A stretch of 64,000 nucleotides of DNA from Neocallimastix sp. 'constans' (Eukaryota), in assembly GCA_050613775.1 (NCBI GenBank), contig JBODTK010000012.1:310001-374000 (forward strand), written 5' to 3'. A program made the translations under genes and the position numbers. A model generated the notes under the pieces. The model made no database searches. It was not told the origin of the DNA and saw nothing but the letters and a program-made list of their open reading frames with translations. How positions within the stretch are numbered: the stretch's first letter is position 1; every line of letters starts with the position of its first letter. This document shows, piece by piece, positions 41,194 to 57,168 of this stretch.

Positions 41194-44100
41194 ATTTAAA
41201 GAAAAGAATTCATAAATAAATTTCAATGAAATTTTTTAATAAATAAATTTCATTAAAATAATTAATTCAAAAAATTAATTTAAAAATTAAAATTAAAAAA
41301 AAATATAAAATTAAATAAAAATTTAAAAAAAAAAAATATAAAAATATAAAAAATATTTAAATGTATATATATATAATACATATATTTATATATATATATA
41401 GTATAAAACAAAGCTAATCAAATATACAAAAAAACAAAATCGACTAAAAATTGAAAACTGTTCATTTTTTTAAAAAAAAAATTGATAATAACTAATATAT
41501 AATTTTTTATATAATAGTTTTATCATAAATATAGAATATAAAACTTAAACTTAACTTAAACTTAACTAAATAAATAATAAACAATTGAAAAAAAAAAATT
41601 TAAATAAGTATTCTTTTTTATTTTTATAATTTTATATTATTATACTTTTTATATTTTTATTAAGGTATACAAATAATATATAAGAATATATATATATATT
41701 TAATTACATTTTCATTTTTATTTTTTAATTAATATTTTCATTAGTTGTTGTTTTATTTGTAAATAATTTACAATTATATGATAATTAAATTTTTTATATT
41801 CCTTTAAATATTAAAAAAATATAAAATAGAAAGATGGATTAATAGAAAGTAACAGATTCTATTAAAAATTAAAAAAAAATATACATAAGTATTCTTTTTA
41901 TTTTTATAATTTTTTATTATTATTATTTTATATTTTTATTAAGGTATACAAGTTATATATAAGAATATATATATATATATAATTACATTTTCATTTTTTT
42001 TAGTTAAAATTTTCAATAGATTGTTTTATTTGTAAATAATTTTTTTCATATGACTTTAATTATTAGAAAAAATTATAAAATAGAAACATGGATTAATAGA
42101 AAGTAACAGATTCAACTAATAACTAAAGATTATAATTATAAAAAATTATTTTTTATTATATTTTTAAAAATTATATTGAATTTTCTCTGTATTTGTATAA
42201 TTATTTAATATCATAACAATAGAATAATTAAAATTTCGAATAAATACTAAAATATATATTAATGATAAAAGGCATAATTCAGTTTTTTATTTATAATTTT
42301 AATAATAATATTATTATTATATTTGTTTTAATTTATTTTTAAACTGTTAATTTTCTTATCATTTCTCTTATTATTTATTATGAAATATCTTATATAAAAA
42401 ACTTTTTTTATTTATTATATAATCATTAATATATTAATTTAAATATATATAGAATTTCAATTATAATACTTTTTAATTAAAATTTAATATAATTGGATAA
42501 TTTATTACAAAAATTTATTTTTAATATAATTGATATAAAAAAAAAAAAATATAAAACTCAAATAATAATAAATATTAAAATTCATGAACTACACATATAT
42601 TTTATTTAAAAAAAAATATATATTTGTTTAAAAAATAATAAATATTATAATGAAAAATAATTATAATAATTTTATTAAAAATAAAATATTATATTTTCAA
42701 AATAAGATTATATAAATAATTTTAGTAAAATTATCCATATATATTAATAATATTTTAATGAGTAATAATATTTGATCATATATATAATTCAGAAATTTTA
42801 ATTTTTTATAATATTATACCCAATATAAACATATTAAAAGTAATCTTTTTGAATATTTTTACTTAGCATATTATATTAATACTTTAAAATATTACAATTA
42901 CTATGAAAAAAAAACCCTTGAAAAAGGTTAAATTAATATAAAATTGTATGAAAAATTAAAAAAAAAAATTAGTTCTGAAAATTTCCCATGATATATTCAT
43001 GAATATTAATATTAGATCACATTTCTAATTATGAAATTTTAATATAAAATTATTTATATTAAAAGTAATCTTTTAAATATTATTATTTTTATAAATATTT
43101 ATAATATTTAATATTAAGAAAATTTTCCTTGGAAAAGTTTTAATATTTAAATATAAAACAGGAAATATATAAAATTTAATGTTATTTTTATTTTAAAAAA
43201 TAAATAAATTTTATTTTATTATATTAATTTATTATATTATAATCATCCATTTATAAACTTAAATATATATAGAATTTCAAATTCATTGATATAAATAATT
43301 TTTTTTGAAATAATTTAATTAAATTTAATATAATTGGATAAAATTTTATTAAATTTTTTTATAATAAAATTTGGTTATAAAAATATAAAAATATAAATTA
43401 CAAATAAATATTGATTTTATATAATTTTATTTTTAAAAACTAAAATATTAATATATAATCATTAATGTTATAATAAATAATAATAATAATATTATTATTA
43501 TTATAAAAAACATTATTTTATCTAAAAAACTATTAACTATTTATATTTAAGTTTAGTAAATATTTATTTATGCATATTTATATATATATATTTTAATAAA
43601 AAGAAATTCAATTAGATTTATCTTATATTATTAAGTAAAACATATCATTTAAATATGGTTATTAAAAATATTGTATATCATATACTTTATAAATATTTTA
43701 TACCGCATTTTTTAATTTATTCAATAATTTTATTATTGTTAATAAAATAATAATTTTACATTTGGTAAATTTATTTAAATTTTATAAATTAACTATAAAA
43801 AAATTTATATAAAAAATCATAAACAAAAAAAAAAAAAAAAAAAAGTGTTGAAAATTTCCCATAATAATTCAGAAATTTTAATTTTATTATTAAAAATAAA
43901 ATTTTAAGCATATTAAAAGTAATCTTTTAAATATTATTTATATAAATATTTAGAGTATTTAATATTAGAAATTTTTCCTTGGAAAAGTTTTAATATTTAA
44001 ATATAAAATATAAAATATAAAATATGTATATAAATTTAATATTATTGTTACTTTACAAAATATAAAATTTATTTTATAAAACATTGCAAAATTTATTTGT

Positions 44101-44978
44101 ATATATTTTAAAAATTTTTAATTTTAATTTATATAATATTAAATACAATAAAAACATAATAAAAGTAATCTTTTTGAGTATTTTTACTTAGCATATTATA
44201 TTAATACTTTAAAATATTACAATTACTATGAAAAAAAAACCCTTGAAAAAGGTTAAATTAATATAAAATTGTATGAAAAATTAAAAAAAAAAATTAGTTC
44301 TGAAAATTTCCCATGATATATTCATGAATATTAATATTAGATCACATTTCTAATTATGAAATTTTAATATAAAATTATTTATATTAAAAGTAATCTTTTA
44401 AATATTATTATTTTTATAAATATTTATAATATTTAATATTAAGAAAATTTTCCATGGAATGGTTTTATTATTTAAACATAAATTAATGATAAATATAAAT
44501 TTTAATATTATTTCTATTTTAAATTAAAAAAATAAATTTTATTTTATAATTAATTTTAATTTATATAATATTATATATAATAGAAGCATATTAAAAGTAA
44601 TTTTTTTGGAGTATTTTTACTTTGCATATTATATTAATATTTTGATATATTATTTGTTATTACTTTGAAAAAAATTCTTGAAAAAGGTTAAATATTAGAT
44701 TCAAAAAAAAAAAAAATAGTTTTTTTATATACATTGATAAAAAGTTATATAATTATTATATAAAATAAATTAATTACTTATATTAATAATTATATTTTAG
44801 AAATATAATTAAAAATATTTTTTAATTTGACATTTTTATATAAAATATTTAAAATAAATTTTAATATAAAAGAACGAAATTTTCTTTAAATTTTTTTTTC
44901 TTCATTATAATTATATAATAATTATAAAATTAATTTAAGATAAAAATAATAAATATAAATTTGTAAATAAAATATAAT

Positions 44979-46499
44979 ATGAATTCTTTTCAATTTTTAG
45001 TGGCCGTGACCGCTTCTTTAGGTGGTCTTCTTTTCGGTTATGAATGTGGTGTCATGAATGTTGTCCTTGTAATGGATGCTTTCCGTATTTTCTTCAAGTT
45101 CCATAATTGGAATGGTGATGCCCTTGATGAAAATGGTAAAGAAATTACTAATGATTCTCAAGAAAAATGGTATCGTGATTTAAAAGAAGCTGATAATAAA
45201 GCTACCCTCGAAGGTGTTATCACTTCAAGTTTCGTTCTCGGTGCTCTTTGTGGTGCTCTCATGGCTACTTATCTTGGTGAAAGATTCGGTCGTCAAAGAA
45301 CCATCATGATCGGTGCTTGTATCTTCACTTGTGGTGCTATCATTCAAGGTTTATCTGTTCGTTCTTGGATTATGATTGCTGTTGGTCGTCTTATCACTGG
45401 TCTTTCTATTGGTTGTAATGGTGTCCTTTGTCCAACATATATTTCTGAAGTTGCTCCAGCTAAGATCAGAGGTACTCTTTCATCTTGCTACCAACTTATG
45501 ACTACTTTCGGTATTATTGTTGCTGCCATCATTAATTCTATCGTTTGGTATTATACTAATATTAAACCAGAAGGTTTAGGAGTGAAAAGATCAGATAAAT
45601 GGGCAGAAGTTCCTAATTTCGAATGGAGATTTGCACTTTTATTCCAAGTAGTTCCAGGTCTTGGTCTTGCTATTCTTATGAGTTTCCTTCCAAAATCTCC
45701 AAGATGGTTATGTTCTAAAGATCGTGATGAAGAAGCTGCTGAAGTTTTAGCTAAACTTAATGCTACTTCTACTTCTGATTCTCTTGTTCAAGAAGAACTT
45801 AAAGCTATTCAAGAAGATGTTGCCGCTACTCGTGCTGCCGGTTCTTCTTCTGTCGGTGAACTTTTCAGTCCTGTTATTCGTCGTCGTACTTTCATTACTT
45901 TCTTAATGCAACTTTTCCAACAATGGACTGGTATTAATGTCATTATGTATTATCAATCTCAAATTTATGGTGAAATTGGTTTTACTAAATTCATGTCAAC
46001 TGTTGTTCTTCCAATCATTAACAATTTTGTCAATTTCATTTCAACCTTCCCAGGTATGTGGGGTATTGAAAAATTAGGACGTAAAACTTTATTAGTTATT
46101 GGATCACTTATGATGATGGTATTCCATATTTCTACCTGGGCTTTCTCTACTCAAACCTACAAAGGAAAGTTATGGCAATATTTAGCAGTTGCTAGTATTT
46201 TCCTTATGGTCTTTTCTTTTGCTTGGACTTGGGGACCAGTTCCATGGGTTTATCAAGCTGAAGTTTTCCCACTTCGTGTCAGAGTTAAGGGTAGTGCAGT
46301 TGGTACAGTCTCTAACTTCCTTAACAATTGGATTATTGCATTTGTTGGACCAGCTCTTATGAAAGCATGGAGTACTAAGACTTTCCTTCTTTTTGCAGCT
46401 GCTTGTTTCCTCGCCTGGGTTTACTCTCAATTCTATGTTATTGAATGTAAGGGACTCAATCTTGAAGAAATGGATGCCAAGATGGCCGGAAAAGCTTAA
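44979..46499 (+). CDS. MFS sugar porter family transporter, copy 4
   Basis: As copy 1; differs by IAVGR. Confidence 0.97.
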   Translation: MNSFQFLVAVTASLGGLLFGYECGVMNVVLVMDAFRIFFKFHNWNGDALDENGKEITNDSQEKWYRDLKEADNKATLEGVITSSFVLGALCGALMATYLGERFGRQRTIMIGACIFTCGAIIQGLSVRSWIMIAVGRLITGLSIGCNGVLCPTYISEVAPAKIRGTLSSCYQLMTTFGIIVAAIINSIVWYYTNIKPEGLGVKRSDKWAEVPNFEWRFALLFQVVPGLGLAILMSFLPKSPRWLCSKDRDEEAAEVLAKLNATSTSDSLVQEELKAIQEDVAATRAAGSSSVGELFSPVIRRRTFITFLMQLFQQWTGINVIMYYQSQIYGEIGFTKFMSTVVLPIINNFVNFISTFPGMWGIEKLGRKTLLVIGSLMMMVFHISTWAFSTQTYKGKLWQYLAVASIFLMVFSFAWTWGPVPWVYQAEVFPLRVRVKGSAVGTVSNFLNNWIIAFVGPALMKAWSTKTFLLFAAACFLAWVYSQFYVIECKGLNLEEMDAKMAGKA

Positions 46500-48223
46500 A
46501 TTTAATGAAAAGAATTCATAAATTTCAATGAAATTTTAAATAAATAAATTTCATTAAAATAATTAATTCAAAAAATTAATTAAAAAATTAAAATTAAAAT
46601 AAATATAAAAATAAATAAAAATAAAAAAAAATATAAAATATAAAAAAATATTAAAATGTATATATATAAAATATATATATATTTATATATATATATATAA
46701 TATAAAACAATATTAAACCAATATACAAAAAGAAAAATCGACTAAAAATTGGAAACTGTTCATTTTTTAAAAAAAAAAAAAAAATGATAATAACTAATAT
46801 ACATTATTTTATTAAATTGTATATAATGGTTATATCAAAAATATAGAAGATAAACCTTAAACTTAAACTTAACTTAATAAATAATAAACAATATAAAAAA
46901 TATTTATAGTTTTTTTTTTTTTTATTAATTTTATTAAAATGTGTATTTTAAGACTTAATTGTTATTATCAATTTTTTTTAATTATATTTTCAATTGATTT
47001 GTTTAATTTATAAATAATTCAGGATTATATAATTATAGAAATTAAAGTAAATTTGGTTTTAAATTATAAAAAAAAATATTAAATGAGAATAGTGATTTAT
47101 GGAAAGTAATGTTTTTATTAATTTAATAAAATCATAATAATAATGTATTGATATTATTATATATATATTATAATTCTTTGGAATTTCATAAATATTTTTA
47201 AAATAATTTAATATCGTAACTATTGAATAATTAATCTAATAAATTTTTAAATAAATATAAAATTATTCATAATAAAAAGTATTATTTAATAATTTATTTT
47301 TATTTGTAATAATAATATTATAATAAGATTTGTTATTATCTTTTTTTTTTTTAAGGTTTATATAATTTTTCTTATTTTTTTAAATCATCTTATAGATAAA
47401 AACAGTTTGCGTTTAAATCTATATTAAATTACAATTAAACTTTATAAAAATTTTAATTTACTTTATATATAAATATTTTTTTTTTAATTAAATTTAATAT
47501 AATTGGATAAATATTTATAAAATATATAAAAATTCATTATTAATAAATATTAATTTTTTAAATTTATTTAAAAAAATATTAATTAAAAATTGTTTTTATA
47601 CTTCATTATATATATTAAATGTATTTTTTAGGAAATAAATATTATTTATTTCATTTTTTTGGGTAGATCTACCAAAATCTTCACTGTTTAAATCGTTGTA
47701 TTTATAATAATAATATTTTCGTAACGCATATTAGCAGTGCATATCTTATTTTGTACATTACTATTTGAACATGAATTGATAAGATAATATATATCATTAG
47801 AAATATTGAAAGAATAATTATTCTAATCTATTATCAAATCTTCATTATTAATTATATGAATGTATATATATATATATATATATATATTGTATCCCTTTTA
47901 AATTATTTTATTATTTTCTTAAAGTTAATATTAAACTTTGTTTTTTTAATGATTTTTTTTTAAAAATGAAATACAAGAAACATACATTTACATCAAGGTT
48001 AAAAATTAATAATAGAAAAATATTTAAATATTCAAATTCTATTTCTTATCTTTTATTTCAAACATAATTGATAATATATAAGTAAAACTCAAAACTTCAT
48101 ATTTTAACTTTTTTTTTTTTAAATAATTAATATTATTTATTTACAATAAATGGTAATATTTTATGTAATATATATATACATTTGTATATTGTGTTAATGA
48201 GATATTTTTATTAAAAATAAAAT

Positions 48224-48260
<37 letters not shown>

Positions 48261-49614
48261 TTTATATATTTTAATATACATATATATAAGGATTTTTATA
48301 TATAATATATTTTATATATTCTATCTTTTTTTTTTTTTTTTTTTTTTTTCATAAAATTTAGTTAATATTTAATTTTGCAAAAAATTAAAAAAAAAAAAAA
48401 AATAAAATAAACTTTTTTTTTTTCTTTTTCACTTGAAACAATGAAAACTATATGTTTCGGCTTTAACAAATAAAACTTTTAACACATTCGGATGGAATTT
48501 TAAATATGAATTCTTTAGAAATTATACTATAATAATAATAGTTTATATATATATAAGTAAATTTTGTATTTAAAATATATTTTTATTTTTATATTTCATT
48601 ATATTACTAATAAAATAAATGAAAATAAAATATTTACATGACCCTGGGTTTAATTCTTCACAAGCATCTAAAATTATATTTAATAATTATTAATTTTTTA
48701 AAAATATATATATATATTTCATTTTAAATTAAAACATATTATATATTTAAATATATATATATTCCTATTATTATAAAATGTATTTTATTATTATTTTATT
48801 ATAAATAATATACCTATCCAATCTGAATATACATCAATAGGATGACTTAATGCTATAATAAAAAAAGGTATTATTATAGCAAATTTTATATAAATAAATT
48901 AATATTAAAATTTTAATTTAACAAAATAAACAAAAAAAAAAAAAAAATATTAAGATGTCATAGTAATAAATTATTTAATATTAAAGTTAATATAATAATA
49001 CATATTCAAATAAAATTTTGAATAATTACAATTAATTGGACTTTGATAATTTGCACCACAAATACGACATTTTAATTCTCCTACTTTGGTTTCATGAATC
49101 CTGTATTTATTTTTATTGTTATAAGCATAATTTCACAATTAATATGCATATTAATTTATTTATTTATTTTATGACAATTGAATTTATTCATCATCATTAA
49201 TATTTTTAATGTTCAATAATAAAATAGTAAAAATAAATAAATAAAATGAAGAAAAATAAAATAAAATATACATATATATATACAAAAAGAGAATAATTGT
49301 ATTTTAAATATATGGTTATAATTATTATATTTAGATAAATAAATTAAATAATAAAATAAGCAAATATAAAAAAATATATATATATATATAAATATACATA
49401 TTTTATAAATAATATTATTTATAGTAATACTGTTAATATTTTATATTTAAATTTGTATATATATATATATATAATTTTCTTACATTTTAACACTTATAGA
49501 TTTTTCGTGATTACAGAAAAGACAGTTAAATTGAGTATCAAGAACTGGTCTTTTTCTTACGACTTGCTTTCTCTTAGCCTTTCTCTTACCCATTTTTTTT
49601 TTTTTACAACTTTA

Positions 49615-49675
<61 letters not shown>

Positions 49676-50432
49676 TAAATAATATTTTTTACACTTTTAT
49701 ATTTTTTTTTCCTTTTCATAATCTTTTATTTTTTTTATTCTATTTTGTTTAATTAATTAAAGTTTTTTGAAATTAAAAAAAAAAAAAAAATTGTCCATCC
49801 AATTTTATAAATTATTGAAGCTTTGCCACATTTCAATTTGTATAAGTATTATTTATCTATTAATCAATTCCACATAAATAATAGATGATAAATTTTAATT
49901 TGCCACAAACAATACTATTAGTAGAATGGAATAAAAAAAAAATTAAAAAATTAAAAATTAAAAAATGATTTAATAATAATAAAAATTATTTCAATATATT
50001 TTATAAATAATAAAAAAATAATATATTAAAGTTAATTTAATATATATTATATAATATTCCATATAAATATTTTTTTCAATATTTGAATATATTATTATTT
50101 AACTTTAAATTATATATTATAATTATTATTATTTCATTTTTTATTTTTTTTTTGATGATTATGTAATTATGCTATTTTTATGTATTCCTGTTGGAACTGT
50201 ATCGTTCCACCTCATGTAGTTTTTCAATTTATTATTATTCTTTTGATATTTAATACCCTTAACACTTTTATTATAAAAAAAAAGGTCTTTTTTTATTATT
50301 ATTTTCAATTCTTCACCAATAATTATATGATAGTTTTTGTGTTAAGTCAATGATTCGACACTTCAAAAAGTATAAAGATTCTTCTTATATTATTTCTCAT
50401 AAATATACCAACACTTTTCATATTACTCATTG

Positions 50433-50471
<39 letters not shown>

Positions 50472-51207
50472 CACAAAAATTAACAATACGTAAACACCGT
50501 AATAAACTTCCTATGGAAATACGGAAGTTTTACAGGAAAAATGACCATTATTCAAGATCCTCATTATATATATGAAATATGATAAAAAAAAAAAAAAAAA
50601 AAAAGTTACAATTGGTTTTGATTAATATTATAATAGAATAATAGAATCATTTATGTATTATTGAATTATAATATTTCATTAAACAAAATAATAATAATAA
50701 CATTTATCCTCCCCTATAAAAATTAAGAATAAAAAAAAAAAAAAAAATTATACTTGAAAAAAAATATAGATCTTTTTAAAATATATATATACATATATAT
50801 ATTATTATTATTATTATTATTATTATTACTTAAATAGTTAGTTAAAATATAATTTTTTTATTATTTTTTATTTTTTTTTTATATAAAAAAGATTAAGGTT
50901 AATAATTTTTTATTATAGAGCATATAAATAATTATGGTATAAATTTAGGTTAATAAAATGAAATAATAATAATAATAATAATAACTAAATAGTATTGTTA
51001 AAATGGTATCATTTTAAATAAATAAAATTGTTAACTGAGTGTTCATAATATTTTTTTGGTTTTTATGATAATTGAATATTTTTTTAAAGAATTATTTTAT
51101 TTTATTCTATATATAGTATTATATTATATTTGCATACTGGTAAATCAATCAATGAATTAATTATTATTATTTTTATTATATATAATATATTATTTCTATT
51201 AATAATT

Positions 51208-53098
<1,891 letters not shown>

Positions 53099-53252
53099 TA
53101 TTAAAAATTATTGATATTATTTTTTTTATTAAAATTTATTATAATATATTTATAATGGGAATATAAAATAATTATATTTAAGAAGTAGTCTATAATGAGA
53201 AATATGGGAATAAAAAAAAGGTATATATTAAAATTTAAATAATAAATTTATT

Positions 53253-53295
<43 letters not shown>

Positions 53296-53560
53296 AAAAA
53301 ACTTAAATTAAAAAAAAAAATTTATTAATATTTAATTTTTTTAAAAAAAAAAAAAAAAAATTGTCTTCTTTTTATTTATATTCTTTTTAATTAATATTAT
53401 ATATTATTATATATTATGATTATATTTTTCAATATATATAATTTAGACTGATTTAAAAATAAAAAAAAAAAAAGTTTAACTATTCAATTTAATATTTTTA
53501 TTTTTAATAATATATATAATATATATATATTTTACTTAACTATATTTTTATTTTATTTTT

Positions 53561-53592
<32 letters not shown>

Positions 53593-54009
53593 ATTTTATT
53601 TTATTATCTTAAATATTGTTTAACTGAAAGTTTAACTGAAAAATATTACACCAGTCCAATAATTATTCCTTTCAAATGAAAAAAATTCCATTTTTTTTAA
53701 TATGATAAAACTAATTTTTAATTATAGATTTTATGTTTTTTTTTGATAATATATAAAATAATAGTTTCATGAACCATGAACCATATTTCCTTATAGTTAA
53801 AGCATTATTGTATTAAGTACATTAATTGAAAATATTGCCTTTTTTTTTTTATTTATAATTCATTAATATACCATGGATAATTTGAGATTAATAAAAAATA
53901 AATTGTTAATAATGAATTTTTCATATAATGTAATCAATTATATATATATATATGTATATTAAAATCCGGTAGTTCATGAATAATGAGGTTTCTAGCAAAT
54001 TCATATATC

Positions 54010-55990
54010 TTTTTTTTTTTTTTTTTTTATAGCCGCAATTATTGCGAACTTTAATCTTTATTTATTTATTCTTATATAAAATACATGAATACTTTTAATT
54101 ATAATAAAAAATAAAAAATCACGGTATTAATAAAATAAATAAATATTATTTGTCCAATTTGAACATAATAATAAATGAAATAGTAACATGAAATAAAATG
54201 CAATAATCAAAAATAAGTGTATAAATAAATTCAGAAAAAAGTTCATATGCAACGAACCTCACCTCCTTATGGATTAGGGTTTGAATTGTCTATCTGAAAG
54301 AAATTATGGTCTTCTCCTTCAGAGGCATTGGCCCTGCTAGCCTGTCTTACTGCATTTTCAGCGTTGACGCTCCTGGTTAGTTTGCGCTTATACTTTCGGA
54401 ATAGTAACCCTTGCTGAGTACTAGCCCGAGGCATAATTTCTGTAAAGAGTGCCGCAGATCGCACCAAGAATGGCGTTTTTTGATTAATCACCAGAAATGA
54501 TTTGGTTCTTAAACAAAATATTCCATTCCTTTTTATAATTTAAATCTATTATATCTACATCCCTTTCACCAAGAAAAAAGTCGTATAATCGGTACCACGT
54601 CACATAAATACTTACACACTCATTATTCAGAAAATTACTTAAATTACCACGATTTTCACCAATTGAATTATTCACTAAATTAGAAGTAACGATATTATAA
54701 TTTTCACTATTACTAATATTAATAATTCTATTTTCACTATCACTATTTCTACTATTATTAATAATATTATTTCTATTGTTAATATTATTAATATTATATA
54801 CTTCGTTAATACTATCAGAATCAGAACTTAGTTCTATATTATTCATATCTGTGATAACGGTGTCTACATTACTATTAGATATTGGACAATATTTAGAAAT
54901 AATATAAAATATTTCATAAAGAATTTCAATATCCTTAAAATATTTCATTCGAAATTCCCGAAAAAGATAGCATTTAGAAAACCAATGTTCCAATCGAGGA
55001 TTACTATTTTTTCTATAACAACAAGGACACCTTTCAGGACAGTAGTCTTCTTCAATCATTTTGGCGGCTTTGGCAACACGAGCATCGAATTTATATCCAC
55101 ATCTGGCACGAAGTACTCATCGAAAACCAATGCTAAGTTCAGGATATTTATAATTTAGCTTAAGATACTCTCTGGTTTTCTCAAAATTATTATTCTTATA
55201 AGCCTTAGCTTTGATTGATTTTCCTGCCATATCTCTATCCCAGTAAAAGTTTAAAATAGCTTTTTTTATTGGAAATTTATCTAATTTGTCAGCTAAAATT
55301 TTACTTTCTTTATCTCATGCATGACATCTACAACGAGATATATCTCTAAGTAAATCAGAGATAACACATTTCGAGTTTTTCCTTTTTTTAAAACACCTTA
55401 CCTGAGCAATCGCACATTTCGCTGAAAGAGGAGGAACGTTAAGTTCTTTAGAAACACAATAAAGGGAAGTAAAGCCATTCCCTTTAGAAAATCCTTCAAT
55501 CCAGTATAATCCTGAATTAACTAGTGTCTGTGTACTTCTCGTTCTATCTTTGTTAGATCCAAGTAGAGGTGCATAATATGAAATTTGTCCAATTACTATA
55601 GCTGAAAATAACATTCTTTTATAAGGGATAGGAATATGAGGATTTTTAAGAAATCCTTTAATGGAATAAAGTGCATTTCTAACTTTATTATTCATTCTCT
55701 GTATGATCAGTTTCAATTCTAAATCATTTGAAAATGATTTACAATTCGCTTTAGGTAACTCTTGGTTTGAAAGATAAAAGGTAGGATTACTATTATAAAG
55801 AAATCTAGAAACTTCCCCTCGTACTACTAGATTGGCACATTTATTGATACAAAATTACATTTCATTATTTCTAGCCCATTTACTGGCAAACTTTAACAAT
55901 TTCTTAAGTGGGGATCTTGTTGGAGCACATAACACAATGCCATCTGAAAAAGACCTCCGCAACGACGTTTATCACCAATAGAGATGCCAT
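54010..55990 (-). mobile_element. 5'-truncated, disrupted non-LTR retrotransposon (LINE) with a poly(A) tail
   Basis: Minus strand: FSDGIVLCAPTRSPLKKLLKFASKWARNNEM..INKCANL (degenerate RT YADD region onward), the thumb-like ORF 55315-55716, and the Cys/His motif CPCC..LEHWFSKC in ORF 54484-55059. There are stops and frameshifts between these segments, and an A19 tail at 54028-54010. Confidence 0.8.
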
Positions 55991-56936
55991 ATTTATTACA
56001 ATTATATATCTTTTCTTGAGACTACAGATGCTATGATAAATTTATGATTTTTATAAAATCATTTTACATTATTATTATTGTTATTAGTAAGCAGTAAATA
56101 GTACAATTTAATTATTTTTCCTTTTTTTATTTTAATTTTAATTCAGTCGAAAAGTTGTTTAAAATAATAAAAAAGAAAAAACTATTTAATAATTTTTTTT
56201 TTTTAATTTTAATTTTAATTCAATTTAAAAGTTGTTGAAAATTAATAAAAAAAAAAGTTTAAAAATAAATATATATATGTATATATTTCGTATAATATTA
56301 ATAATGTAAAAAGGATTTAAAAGTATTATCTATTTTATTTATATATATAATAAATTAAATTTAAACTTTCATATTTTAGGAAAATTGAAAATTAAGTTAT
56401 TTCTATTATAATCATTATTTCTAAATTATCAATTTTATTTTAAAGACTGTTTTTTTTTTTTTTTCATAATTGTTTTTTTTCTCATAATTTTTTTTTAATG
56501 TATATTCTTTAATCTTTTAATATAAATTAATACTATTATTTCTAAGATGTAAAAATAATTTATTATTTTCTTTATATAATTGTTATTAATTATGTTTCAG
56601 TATAAAGATTACCATACTAATTTTTAGCAATCAAATAAAAATAATGATAAATACTGATTTGCTAAATAATAAATATGAATAAACTAAAATAATAAAAATA
56701 AAATAAATAATGAATATTAAGTAATGAACTTACATAAACTATAAAAATTTACTATCAATATAAATTTTTATTGAGAATTAATATATTCTATATTGAGAAT
56801 TAATATATTCTAAAAAATTCAAAAATTTCTATAACTTTATATACTTTTTTTTTTTGGATTTAAATTTTATTATATTTTGTTTTATTTAAATTTTAAAATA
56901 TTTAATATATTTTTACATCTAATACATAATAATTAA

Positions 56937-56974
<38 letters not shown>

Positions 56975-57168
56975 GAAAAATATTATGTAAATTATATATA
57001 CAAAATTATAAAAACTTCAATATAAAATAAATAATCAATATAAATAAGAATAAATATATAATTTTATATTAAAAGTATGTAAATTATTTAATAAATATTT
57101 ATTAATAAATCATTTCATATTACTCCATTTTTTATATCTTTTTCAAATTTCTAACATATTTATTTAAT

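Noticed and set aside
31696..46430. Antisense ORFs of 82-116 aa in each transporter copy
   Set aside because: These are shadow frames of the sense CDS, repeated only because the gene is repeated.
54010..54050. The local LINE as the SINE's mobilising partner
   Set aside because: There is no visible shared 3' sequence, and the tails differ (A versus T).
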